From Nitrospiraceae bacterium (GTDB lineage Bacteria; Nitrospirota; Nitrospiria; Nitrospirales; UBA2166): a stretch of DNA of 64,000 nt. The stretch spans positions 1 to 64,000 of the forward strand of contig PBSN01000007.1 in assembly GCA_002726235.1 (NCBI GenBank). Direction: 5' to 3'. The notes under the pieces were generated by a model. The model was not told where the DNA came from, searched no databases, and worked only from the letters and a program-made list of their open reading frames with translations. The number at the start of each line of letters is the position of its first letter. The first letter of the stretch is position 1. Positions 8,452-16,785 of the stretch are shown here, in pieces. The position numbers and the translations under genes are program-made.

Positions 8452-9879
8452 CTATGTCGCAGTAAGCGCATCGATTTCAAGCAATGCCTTCTCGGTGCGA
8501 ATTGATTGGATATGTTTGAGGTTTCGTGAGCCTTGCATAATTTGATGTGCTGCTTCGATGCCCATTTCCATTGCCGTATCGAGGAAAATATACCTAAAGA
8601 TCCCCTGCCGTCCGCCGGTTAATACGTTCTCCATTTTTGCAACTTCTGCAAGGAGAGTATCCCTATCATGTTGATATCCAAGATGGTAGATGGGGTATCC
8701 GTGTTCGACCCACACGCTATGATGGTCGAGGGCAACCGAGTCAATGTTATATCCGAGTGATCGAAGCTCAAGGGACATTTCCTGAAATAGGGTGTTGCCA
8801 TCGGCCTCCCAGATTTTGTCACCGACTGAGCAGGGAATTTCCAGCATGATCGATGTTTTGCCTTGCGGCACCATTTCAGAGCTACGGCGTTTAGGTTCCT
8901 GGATGCGGCTCATCTTGTACTGGGGTTCCGCGATATACATCCAGGTGTTCTCGCTAAAATCTGGGATGTCGAGTGGGATGTTCAAAAAGCGAAGTGCGCG
9001 AGACCGCAGATTGCCAATCGCCGTTTCCACACCATTAGTTGATTGTGGAGCGATGTATCGTGCCAAGGCGGGCAGTGAAATTGTCGAAAATACCCATGAA
9101 CATGGCAGGAGGTATTCCTGGCCATCAACGTGATAGCGTACAGCCTTCACCCGGTTCCCGACGACGTCGAGGCCGGTCACGTCTGCTCCAAGGTGGATTA
9201 TGCCGCCTTCACGGCACATTCGGGAGGCCATTCGATCAAATAACTGGCCCATGCCAAGCCGTGGATAATAGTATCGGCGGGCATAGGTCCGAATTGGAGA
9301 TCGCCGCAAGCCAATGAGTCGCAATGCGGCATCGCCAAGATTGAGGAGAGAAATGCGTTGTGCCGCCCAGTCTGATGAAATTTGGGTGGGGGGGATGCCC
9401 CAGAGCTTTTCCGTGTACGGGCCGAAGAAGCGATCATAGAGCGGGCGGCCAAATCTGGCGGTCACCCAGCCTTCAAAATGCGATTCGTCACGTGGAGAGA
9501 TGCGGCGACGGATAAGTTCGCCCGCATACCCCAGCAAGGCCTTTAGGTTTAATCCAAGACCGAGATTCTCGACCAGATCTGGCGCGGACAGTGGATAGGC
9601 AAATCGTTTTCCGGAGTGCATCACGACAGATTTGCGCTCGGAGACGAGCATGTCGGCTCCCATCAGGTCGAGAATTCGGCTTGTGAGTTCTTGGTTTTGT
9701 GAAAGAAAGCGGTGTCCTCCAAGATCAAAACGATATTCGCCAAATGTATTTGTTGCGCAGAGTCCGCCGGGACGCGGCTCTCGCTCAAGGACCACGACAT
9801 CCCATCCTTGAGCGGCCAATTCCCACGCACAACTTAAGCCACAGGGACCGCCACCCAGTATGACAATAGGGTCTTTCAT
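8452..9879 (-). CDS. FAD-dependent oxidoreductase (HemY/UDP-galactopyranose mutase-like family)
   Basis: GGGPCG dinucleotide-binding motif, DLGGHRF, YTEKLWG, DWAAQRI, GRQGIFRY. Start at MKDPIV overlaps the bfd stop. Confidence 0.85.
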   Translation of the reverse strand: MKDPIVILGGGPCGLSCAWELAAQGWDVVVLEREPRPGGLCATNTFGEYRFDLGGHRFLSQNQELTSRILDLMGADMLVSERKSVVMHSGKRFAYPLSAPDLVENLGLGLNLKALLGYAGELIRRRISPRDESHFEGWVTARFGRPLYDRFFGPYTEKLWGIPPTQISSDWAAQRISLLNLGDAALRLIGLRRSPIRTYARRYYYPRLGMGQLFDRMASRMCREGGIIHLGADVTGLDVVGNRVKAVRYHVDGQEYLLPCSWVFSTISLPALARYIAPQSTNGVETAIGNLRSRALRFLNIPLDIPDFSENTWMYIAEPQYKMSRIQEPKRRSSEMVPQGKTSIMLEIPCSVGDKIWEADGNTLFQEMSLELRSLGYNIDSVALDHHSVWVEHGYPIYHLGYQHDRDTLLAEVAKMENVLTGGRQGIFRYIFLDTAMEMGIEAAHQIMQGSRNLKHIQSIRTEKALLEIDALTAT

Positions 9880-10073
9880 CTGGTTTCCGTTTGGGTATGG
9901 GCAGTGCATTCTGCCGCGACCTGTATCAGATCCTCGATATTCTCAGCGCATCTCCCGCAGCAATCACGGTCGAGATCGAAAGCTGTGATAAGTGAATCGG
10001 GATCAGACCCGTGTTTTGACAATGCGCATTGCATCTTCCGGTCGGTGATTCCTTTACAGAGGCACAGATACAT
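9876..10073 (-). CDS. bfd: Bacterioferritin-associated [2Fe-2S] ferredoxin
   Basis: MYLCLCKGITD...CCGRC; RBS GGAGA at 10085-10081. Confidence 0.9.
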   Translation of the reverse strand: MYLCLCKGITDRKMQCALSKHGSDPDSLITAFDLDRDCCGRCAENIEDLIQVAAECTAHTQTETR

Positions 10074-10090
10074 GATGAAGTCTCCATATG

Positions 10091-10115
10091 GATAATGCTA
10101 ATGATTATGATTATC
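10091..10115. promoter_or_regulatory. Two overlapping Fur boxes
   Basis: GATAATGCTAATGATTATG (10091-10109) and GCTAATGATTATGATTATC (10097-10115) each match GATAATGATAATCATTATC at 16/19, offset by 6 bp. Confidence 0.85.
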
Positions 10116-10116
10116 A

Positions 10117-10145
10117 ATAATAGCTTTACGCGAAGGACTTGTCAA
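10117..10145 (-). promoter_or_regulatory. Sigma70 promoter of the bfd-led iron operon
   Basis: Minus strand TTGACA (10145-10140), 17-nt spacer, TATTAT (10122-10117). The predicted start site falls inside the Fur boxes. Confidence 0.8.
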
Positions 10146-10266
10146 ATCTATAATGATTCTGCCCGTATTGACTTATAGTTGGCACAATCACATGAGGCCA
10201 CCATGTTTTCATACTTAATAAATTGCGAGGTGGCGTGGCCAAATACGTAGTGTTGACGGGAGGGAT

Positions 10267-10743
10267 GTGATGAAAGCAAAAAAAGGTGTTGTTGAGTATC
10301 TCAATAAACTTTTGACCAATGAGTTGACCGCAATCAATCAATATTTTCTCCATGCCGAGATGTGTGAGAACTGGGGGTATGATCGGCTGTATCACAAAAT
10401 TCGAGCCGAATCCGTTGACGAAATGAAACATGCAGAGGATCTTATCGAACACATTTTGTACCTGGAAGGCGTTCCCAACGTACAACGCCTTAACACCATT
10501 ACCATTGGGCAGACGGTCTTGGAACAACTCAAACTTGACCTGAAGGTGGAACAGGGAGCGGTGATCCTTTTCAACGAAGCAATTGCTCACTGTGTCAAGG
10601 TTGGGGATAACACCACGCGTAACAAACTGGAAGACATGCTGGAGTCCGAAGAGGGACACGTCGATTTCATCGAGACCCAACTTGAAACTATCAAGCAAGT
10701 TGGCCTCCAAAATTACCTCAGCCAGCAAATTAAGAACGACTAG
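10267..10743 (+). CDS. bfr: Bacterioferritin
   Basis: NELTAINQYFLH, ESVDEMKHA (heme Met), ESEEGH ferroxidase motifs. Confidence 0.97.
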   Translation: MMKAKKGVVEYLNKLLTNELTAINQYFLHAEMCENWGYDRLYHKIRAESVDEMKHAEDLIEHILYLEGVPNVQRLNTITIGQTVLEQLKLDLKVEQGAVILFNEAIAHCVKVGDNTTRNKLEDMLESEEGHVDFIETQLETIKQVGLQNYLSQQIKND

Positions 10744-11093
10744 TTTGCTGACCGAGGTCGGTCTAGCACAACACTATTCACGCGCTTGAGAAGTTTCGCT
10801 TTGCCCGCATTATCGGACAGCAGAATTTCGTTGATCACGTTGTTGGTTGATGGAAATTTACTGGTCGATGGGACAGCAGGTCTTGCAAAAGCCCGGATCA
10901 TCAAAGTTCTGAGTAATGCATGCTGGGGTTGATTTCGGCAGATCTAGCCGGAATGGAGATTTACCGTCCACAAGGCGGGTGCTAGTGATACAAAAAAGAG
11001 TTGTTCGTTGCACGGCACGAAGTGTCGGGCGCACACACGGCCGACACTCTCGAACCGCTGTGGTCAAGTAGGTTGGTGGAGGAGTAAGCAATT

Positions 11094-11113
11094 GCCACAA
11101 GAATACTTGTGGC
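11094..11113. terminator. Hairpin between convergent bfr and the lipoprotein pair
   Basis: Perfect 8-bp stem GCCACAAG-AATA-CTTGTGGC; no clear U-tract. Confidence 0.35.
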
Positions 11114-11139
11114 CCACGACTATTACAGCTCGCGAATTA

Positions 11140-11457
11140 TTACTCGTATTTGATGGCCAATCCGCGAGCGTCTGCTTGGCAGTGCAAGAGGAATGCCCAC
11201 CAACAGTTGTTGGCAATTTCTACATCAACCACGTCATCTGCACCCATTTCTTTCGCGGTCGCTGTAAGCTTGTTTAAAACGGCACCCTTGGAAATATCGG
11301 CAAATGGCATTGACCAGCCCGACACCTCAACTGTTCCTAGGACTTTATGCGGTTTTGTGATTGACTTTGAGTCGACACTCATCTGGGTCAAGGGGTAGGA
11401 ACATCCAACAAGAAATGCACTCGCGCAAATAATTGCAAGGAATTTTACGTTCATCAT
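11140..11457 (-). CDS. Small lipoprotein, YbjQ/TRL-like fold
   Basis: RBS GGAGG; lipobox LVGC; AKEMGADDVVDV..NNCWW..C.A.A.G.AIKYE. Confidence 0.7.
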   Translation of the reverse strand: MMNVKFLAIICASAFLVGCSYPLTQMSVDSKSITKPHKVLGTVEVSGWSMPFADISKGAVLNKLTATAKEMGADDVVDVEIANNCWWAFLLHCQADARGLAIKYE

Positions 11458-11489
11458 GTATGCCTCCATATCGTTTGATCGTCTCGGCT

Positions 11490-11846
11490 TTACTGAGGAT
11501 TCGCCGCATCCTCATATTTCACAGCTACGCCGAGACCGTCGGCCCAGCATCTGATTACCTCTCCGATAGCGGGAACCACCGACCAATAACAGTTATTCTT
11601 TACCCTGATATCTAGAATGTCATCTGCTCCGAGAACATCTGCTTTTGTTCGCAGCGTGTGCATCATTTTTCCAACTGCAATCTCGCCAAAAAAAGCCCAC
11701 TCGGAGGCTTCAACGGTTTGCTGCCATTTGATTGGCTTATTCACAGTCTCGGAGGTAACAATTCCCATGGGTGCCATTGAATAGGAACAGGAAATCGTCG
11801 ACAAAGACAAAAACACCAAGCAACCGAATACATGCCATCGTGTCAT
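11490..11846 (-). CDS. Small lipoprotein, paralog of the downstream gene
   Basis: RBS AAGGAG; lipobox TISC; ADVLGADDILDI..NNCYW..C.ADGLGVAVKYE. Confidence 0.7.
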   Translation of the reverse strand: MTRWHVFGCLVFLSLSTISCSYSMAPMGIVTSETVNKPIKWQQTVEASEWAFFGEIAVGKMMHTLRTKADVLGADDILDIRVKNNCYWSVVPAIGEVIRCWADGLGVAVKYEDAANPQ

Positions 11847-12038
11847 AGGGTGGCTCCTTCCCTTGAAATATATCGGAGTAACTCTCAAGCGTCTTTCGCC
11901 TTCACATATGCATGAATTGTGTCATGATCTATCATGGTTCGTTGTTCATTGTAGCACAGCAACATTGCAGAAAAGAAAAGAAGCCATCGCCATTATCTAG
12001 CTGTCCGTTATTTTCGTTCCGTTAGATAGATCAATGGT

Positions 12039-12377
12039 TCAGAGTGATTTGGCTGGTGTTGCGCTCGCATTGGTTGTAGCGAGAGGAAGGTCTTTCTCTG
12101 ATGGCGAAAGTTCCGTCGCGTGTTTTTGTGCCTGTTCATTGGCATCTTTTAATAAGCGAGCTTCTGTGTTTATGACAAAATCAACTTCATCCTGAACGAC
12201 TTCATGGATTGCTAGGCAGGTTTTTTTTGCAAACGGTTTCTGGGATATCGGTGCAGCACCATGTAGCAACTGCTTGGCTCGTTGGACTGCAATGATGACA
12301 ATCCGAAAACGCGAGTCAATCTTAGTGTTGCTGTGATGATCGAGTAATGAAAGAACCCCCATTGTCACTCCTTTCAC
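12039..12377 (-). CDS. rpoZ: RNA polymerase omega subunit
   Basis: IDSRFRIVIIAVQRAKQL; lies downstream of gmk. Confidence 0.9.
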   Translation of the reverse strand: MKGVTMGVLSLLDHHSNTKIDSRFRIVIIAVQRAKQLLHGAAPISQKPFAKKTCLAIHEVVQDEVDFVINTEARLLKDANEQAQKHATELSPSEKDLPLATTNASATPAKSL

Positions 12378-13027
12378 TGTGCATGATTCTGCCCATCGAG
12401 GCAGGATTTGTCGACATACGCGGTTTTCATTCGCTCCGCGGTGATCACGGCTTCCAATTCTTTCAGTGTTTGATTCAAGTCGTTGTTCACGGCGATATAG
12501 GTATATTGGCGGAAGTGTTGCATTTCATCGCGTGCGCGGTTCAATCGCATCTGAATCGATTCTTGGGAGTCTAGACCTCGGGTTTGAAGGCGCGTTTGGA
12601 GTTCATCCCATGATGGCGGAAGGAGATAAATGAACACTCCTTTCTGGAATGTTTTCTTGAGTTGCATGGCTCCCTGCTCATCGATATCCAGTAAGAGGTC
12701 AATTCCCTCAGTCAACGTCTGTGCTGTCGCCGTCCGGTGCGTTCCATATAAATGACCATAAACCTCTGCCCATTCGAGAAATTCTTTGGCATCGATCATT
12801 TTCTGAAACGTGTCTTTGCTGACGAAGGCATAATCTTGTCCGTCAACCTCACCTGATCGGTGAGGTCGGGTGGTGCACGAAATAGAAAATCGCAAACGTG
12901 GTATGCGGGTAACAAGTTGATTGCACAATGATGTCTTACCGGCGCCGGAGGGGCCAGATATTACGAACAGAATGCCTTGGCGTTGACCAAGAGACACGGC
13001 GTCTTCAATCGTCGGTATATTGTTCAC
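12374..13027 (-). CDS. gmk: Guanylate kinase
   Basis: SGPSGAGKT, SCTTRPHR, EVDGQDY, YGT motifs. Confidence 0.97.
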   Translation of the reverse strand: MNNIPTIEDAVSLGQRQGILFVISGPSGAGKTSLCNQLVTRIPRLRFSISCTTRPHRSGEVDGQDYAFVSKDTFQKMIDAKEFLEWAEVYGHLYGTHRTATAQTLTEGIDLLLDIDEQGAMQLKKTFQKGVFIYLLPPSWDELQTRLQTRGLDSQESIQMRLNRARDEMQHFRQYTYIAVNNDLNQTLKELEAVITAERMKTAYVDKSCLDGQNHAQ

Positions 13028-13049
13028 GTGTTGGATGATGTTTGGAACG

Positions 13050-13928
13050 TTACTCGAGGTTGTGGATTTGCTCTCGAATTTTCTCCAGCCTGCCTTTTAT
13101 TGCCACGGTCCGTTGTGAGACATCAAGGTCATTGCCCTTTGTGCCCATCGTATTCACTTCTCGATTGAGTTCCTGCATCAGGAAATTGAGTGTTTTCCCA
13201 ACCTCCGTGCCCGTCTCTATAAGGGCCTGACACTGATCCAGATGGCTGTCCGTTCGGACGAGTTCCTCACTTATATCACATCGTGTGGCAAACAAGGCAA
13301 TTTCCTGAGAGAGGCGTGCGGCATCCACCGTGTAGTCCTTCATGAGGGGCGTAATTTTTTTGTGTAGACGGTTGGTGTAGTGTTGAATGATACGAGGTGC
13401 ACGCCGCTTGATTGCAGTGATGTCCCGTCGTATGCCTCGAAGGTGACTCAGTATATCTCGTGTTAACGCGCGACCTTCCCGATGTCTCATGAGGTCAAGT
13501 TCTTCCAATGCACTGCGTAGTACTCGATCCATGATCTCCATTACTACCTCAGTAGGTATGGGAGGAGGCGCGATGGTCGTGAGTTCTCGAAAGTTCGCCA
13601 ATAAGCTGATGTCGATGTCTCCGGTTAAACAAAGGTCACGTTGCACTTTCTTGAGCGCACAGATGTATTGACGGGCGATATCTTCATCAATACGAATGTG
13701 TTGTTGCTGTCTCGATCCGTTACGAATGGAGATAGACACATCAACCTTTCCACGTGAGACATGCTGACCGATGATTCGCTTTATTTTGGCCTCATGCGGA
13801 GAAAGTGTGCTGGGGAGATGGGTTGTGATCTCGCAAAACCTGTGATTGGTAGATCTAATCTCCACGACCACGCGGTGACCGTAGACGACACGTTCCTTCC
13901 GGCTGTATCCTGTCATGCTTTTAATCAT
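13050..13928 (-). CDS. yicC: YicC/YloC family endoribonuclease
   Basis: MIKSMTGY, EIRSTNHRF, DISEELVR, LNFLMQELNREVNT, IREQIHNLE. Confidence 0.95.
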   Translation of the reverse strand: MIKSMTGYSRKERVVYGHRVVVEIRSTNHRFCEITTHLPSTLSPHEAKIKRIIGQHVSRGKVDVSISIRNGSRQQQHIRIDEDIARQYICALKKVQRDLCLTGDIDISLLANFRELTTIAPPPIPTEVVMEIMDRVLRSALEELDLMRHREGRALTRDILSHLRGIRRDITAIKRRAPRIIQHYTNRLHKKITPLMKDYTVDAARLSQEIALFATRCDISEELVRTDSHLDQCQALIETGTEVGKTLNFLMQELNREVNTMGTKGNDLDVSQRTVAIKGRLEKIREQIHNLE

Positions 13929-15637
13929 CGGGTGGTACTCCCAGCGTAGCCCCATGATCGTTCTTGTGCAGGGGCACCCAAGACGTACGTCTGGAAATGT
14001 TCGTCGATCGCCTCAAGAAGTGGAGGCAGTGATGTGGGATTGAGCGCTGATATTGCAATGCCGGACAACCGGTGGGCTAAGACATCTCGCTGCGGTAAAG
14101 CAACACGATCCGACTTGTTCAGGACAAGAAGGCGTGGAATATGGGTGAGGGAAAGTTCGGACAAGACACTCGACACAACACGAAGTTGTTCGTCAAACGT
14201 TGGGCTACTGAGGTCGCACACGTGTAGAAGGAGGTCGGCATCACGCAGTTCGTCTAATGTTGTCTGAAATGCCCCCATAAGTCCTTTAGGAAGTTTTTGG
14301 ATAAACCCCACCGTATCTGTGAGAATCACTTCTTTTTCTGTCAACAGCCGCAATCGACGGCTTGCAGTGTCCAAGGTCGTAAAGACTTGATTGCTTGTTT
14401 CGACGTGATTGCGCGTCAAGGTGTTGAGGAGCGTCGATTTCCCCGCATTGGTATAGCCGATCAGCGCAACGATTGGATAGTTGTGGCGTACTCGGAGAGC
14501 TCGTTGTTGGTGGCGCTGTTTGACGAGTAGCTTCTGTTGGCGCTCGAGGTGAGCAATCCGATCTCGGATTCGGCGCCGATCAAGTTCGAGTGTGGTTTCC
14601 CCTGGTCCGCGACCACCAATTCCACCGGTCAATCGTGAAAGAGAGGTCGAGCGCTCCGCGAGACGCGGGAGTACATATCGAAGCTGGGCTAACTCGACTT
14701 GGAGTTTCCCCTCTCGAGAGTGAGCCCGTCTCGAAAAAATATCAAGGATCAATTGTGTGCGGTCAATGATCTTCATCTCGGTGATTTCGGAAATGGCTTT
14801 TGTCTGTGCTGGCGTTAGGTTTTGATCGAAAATCAGAAAATCTGCTCCGCGATGTAAGGCGTTGATGACAACATCTTTTAACTTTCCCTGCCCTAGTAGA
14901 TATTTGGGGTGAACTGTCTGGGGACGTTGGAGCACTGTGTCTAGAACAACAATGCCATCCGAATCCGCGAGTTCTTGAAGTTCGATGACCGATTCTTTCT
15001 GAATCGCACGATGCTTCTCAGACACACTGATTAATATGGCACGGTCGGAGCCATGTTCGACATGATGGTTCGATTTCGACCTGGAGAACTCTTCATCCAA
15101 GGAACGAAGAAATGTCGAAAGGTGGAGGTCGAGTGCGTGAAATGAGGTGGGTGCCCACACCTCATACACGCGGTGAGCAGGGTTTTGTGGAAGCACATGT
15201 GCCAGGTAGATCATGCCTGGTCTTCCCTCCGTATCGATTCCCAGGGCGGCAATCAGATCAAAACGAAGCATGGCAAGATCTGTCAAGTCATCTTGGCTCA
15301 GAGATTCGTTGCGTAGGTGGGTATGGATCATGCGAATGCCGCGCAGGGCGGTTCGGCCCAACCGATATCTCGAAAGGTTAGGGATGATCACCTCGCGTTC
15401 ATCTCCCACAAACACATCTTCAACGACACCACCTCGACTAATCAAAACACCAATTTGCCGTTTAATCTCGCGCGACAACTCGGTCAAGTAGGTCGCAAGC
15501 TCCACACTGATTACCTCGTGAGCAGAGACGCGTCGACGGTACGCTTTTTTTAGTCTGTGGAGATGGCTTGGCTTCAATCCACTAAGGTTGCCGTGTACAG
15601 TTGAAATTCTTCCTTCTCCTACGTAGTCATGGCACAT
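13925..15637 (-). CDS. hflX: Ribosome-splitting GTPase HflX with N-terminal extension
   Basis: GYTNAGKS, DTVGF, NKSD, GGIGGRGPGET; start uncertain. Confidence 0.95.
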   Translation of the reverse strand: MCHDYVGEGRISTVHGNLSGLKPSHLHRLKKAYRRRVSAHEVISVELATYLTELSREIKRQIGVLISRGGVVEDVFVGDEREVIIPNLSRYRLGRTALRGIRMIHTHLRNESLSQDDLTDLAMLRFDLIAALGIDTEGRPGMIYLAHVLPQNPAHRVYEVWAPTSFHALDLHLSTFLRSLDEEFSRSKSNHHVEHGSDRAILISVSEKHRAIQKESVIELQELADSDGIVVLDTVLQRPQTVHPKYLLGQGKLKDVVINALHRGADFLIFDQNLTPAQTKAISEITEMKIIDRTQLILDIFSRRAHSREGKLQVELAQLRYVLPRLAERSTSLSRLTGGIGGRGPGETTLELDRRRIRDRIAHLERQQKLLVKQRHQQRALRVRHNYPIVALIGYTNAGKSTLLNTLTRNHVETSNQVFTTLDTASRRLRLLTEKEVILTDTVGFIQKLPKGLMGAFQTTLDELRDADLLLHVCDLSSPTFDEQLRVVSSVLSELSLTHIPRLLVLNKSDRVALPQRDVLAHRLSGIAISALNPTSLPPLLEAIDEHFQTYVLGAPAQERSWGYAGSTTR

Positions 15638-16698
15638 GTTGAGGTTTCAGTTGTTGGCTCGCATGCGATCATTGTATCTGGTCTTTTCCGAAGTGGTTGC
15701 TTAGCAAACGGTTCGGTGTCGAGGGGAGCAAAATTTTTACGGGTGTAGGCGTTCCATCCTGCTGCGGCGATCATTGCACCGTTATCTGTACAGTAGCGCG
15801 GTTCTGGAAAATGAAGATGAAGGTGATGTGTGGCCGTGTGATCGTACATAGTCGTCCGGAGTAGCGAATTGGCCGCGACTCCGCCAACTACAACGATATC
15901 AGAAATGTCATAGCACACAGCCGCGTGGATTGTTTTCTGAATGAGTACCTCAACGATGGATGTTTGGTATCCGGCCGCAATGTCGGCTGAGGTCATATCA
16001 GAGTGATGTTCGCGTGGAGATTGTAAAAAATAGCGCAAAGCGGTTTTGATGCCGCTGAAACTAAAGTCAAACGACCGTTTTGATGGATATGGGAGTGAAA
16101 ATGGAACCTTGCGAGGGTCTCCAGATTGAGCGAGTTTGTCAATCAACGGTCCTCCGGGATAGCCGAGTCCTAGCATCTTTGCGCCTTTATCGAAGGCTTC
16201 GCCTGCCGCGTCATCGAGGGTGCGACCGAGCTGTTCATAATGGTCGTGGGATTGCACTGCATAAAGGTTGGTATGGCCGCCAGACACGAGAAGTGCGATA
16301 TGCGGAAAAGGGATTTGAGTTGTGCCAAGTCGAGCCGAAGCAAGATGGCCTTCCAGATGGTGAACTCCAATCAGGGGGATGTTAGCCGAGTAAGCTAATG
16401 CTTTTCCAAATGAGAGGCCAACGAGGAGTGCGCCAATCAATCCTGGACCTTGGGTGACGGCAATGGCATGAAGGTGATTGAGTCGGACATCGGCTTGGGC
16501 AATTGCTTCTCGAACCACACTGTCCACAACTTCAATGTGAACGCGGGATGCGTATTCTGGCACTACACCTCCATATGGGGCATGAACGTTTTCTTGAGTG
16601 TGAAGAACATCAGAGAGCACTTCATGCCCGTTTTTTACGACCGCAACGGCGGTGTCGTCGCACGAAGTTTCAATGCCTAGAATGAGCGTATCACCCAT
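15619..16698 (-). CDS. tsaD: tRNA N6-threonylcarbamoyltransferase
   Basis: LGIETSCDDT, HHLEGH, LVSGGHT, CTDNGAMIA. Confidence 0.97.
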   Translation of the reverse strand: MGDTLILGIETSCDDTAVAVVKNGHEVLSDVLHTQENVHAPYGGVVPEYASRVHIEVVDSVVREAIAQADVRLNHLHAIAVTQGPGLIGALLVGLSFGKALAYSANIPLIGVHHLEGHLASARLGTTQIPFPHIALLVSGGHTNLYAVQSHDHYEQLGRTLDDAAGEAFDKGAKMLGLGYPGGPLIDKLAQSGDPRKVPFSLPYPSKRSFDFSFSGIKTALRYFLQSPREHHSDMTSADIAAGYQTSIVEVLIQKTIHAAVCYDISDIVVVGGVAANSLLRTTMYDHTATHHLHLHFPEPRYCTDNGAMIAAAGWNAYTRKNFAPLDTEPFAKQPLRKRPDTMIACEPTTETSTCAMTT

Positions 16699-16785
16699 GG
16701 TGATTACTCGTGGATAGCGATGGTGTGAAGGGAGAAAGAAATATGGAAACGTGGAGGGGTGTTTGTGTTTACGCCCAAGCGGGGA

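Noticed and set aside
10178..10195. TTGGCAC as a sigma54 promoter for bfr
   Set aside because: The -12 TTGC element is missing.
10126..10728. 200-aa minus-strand ORF
   Set aside because: Antisense to bfr; shadow frame.
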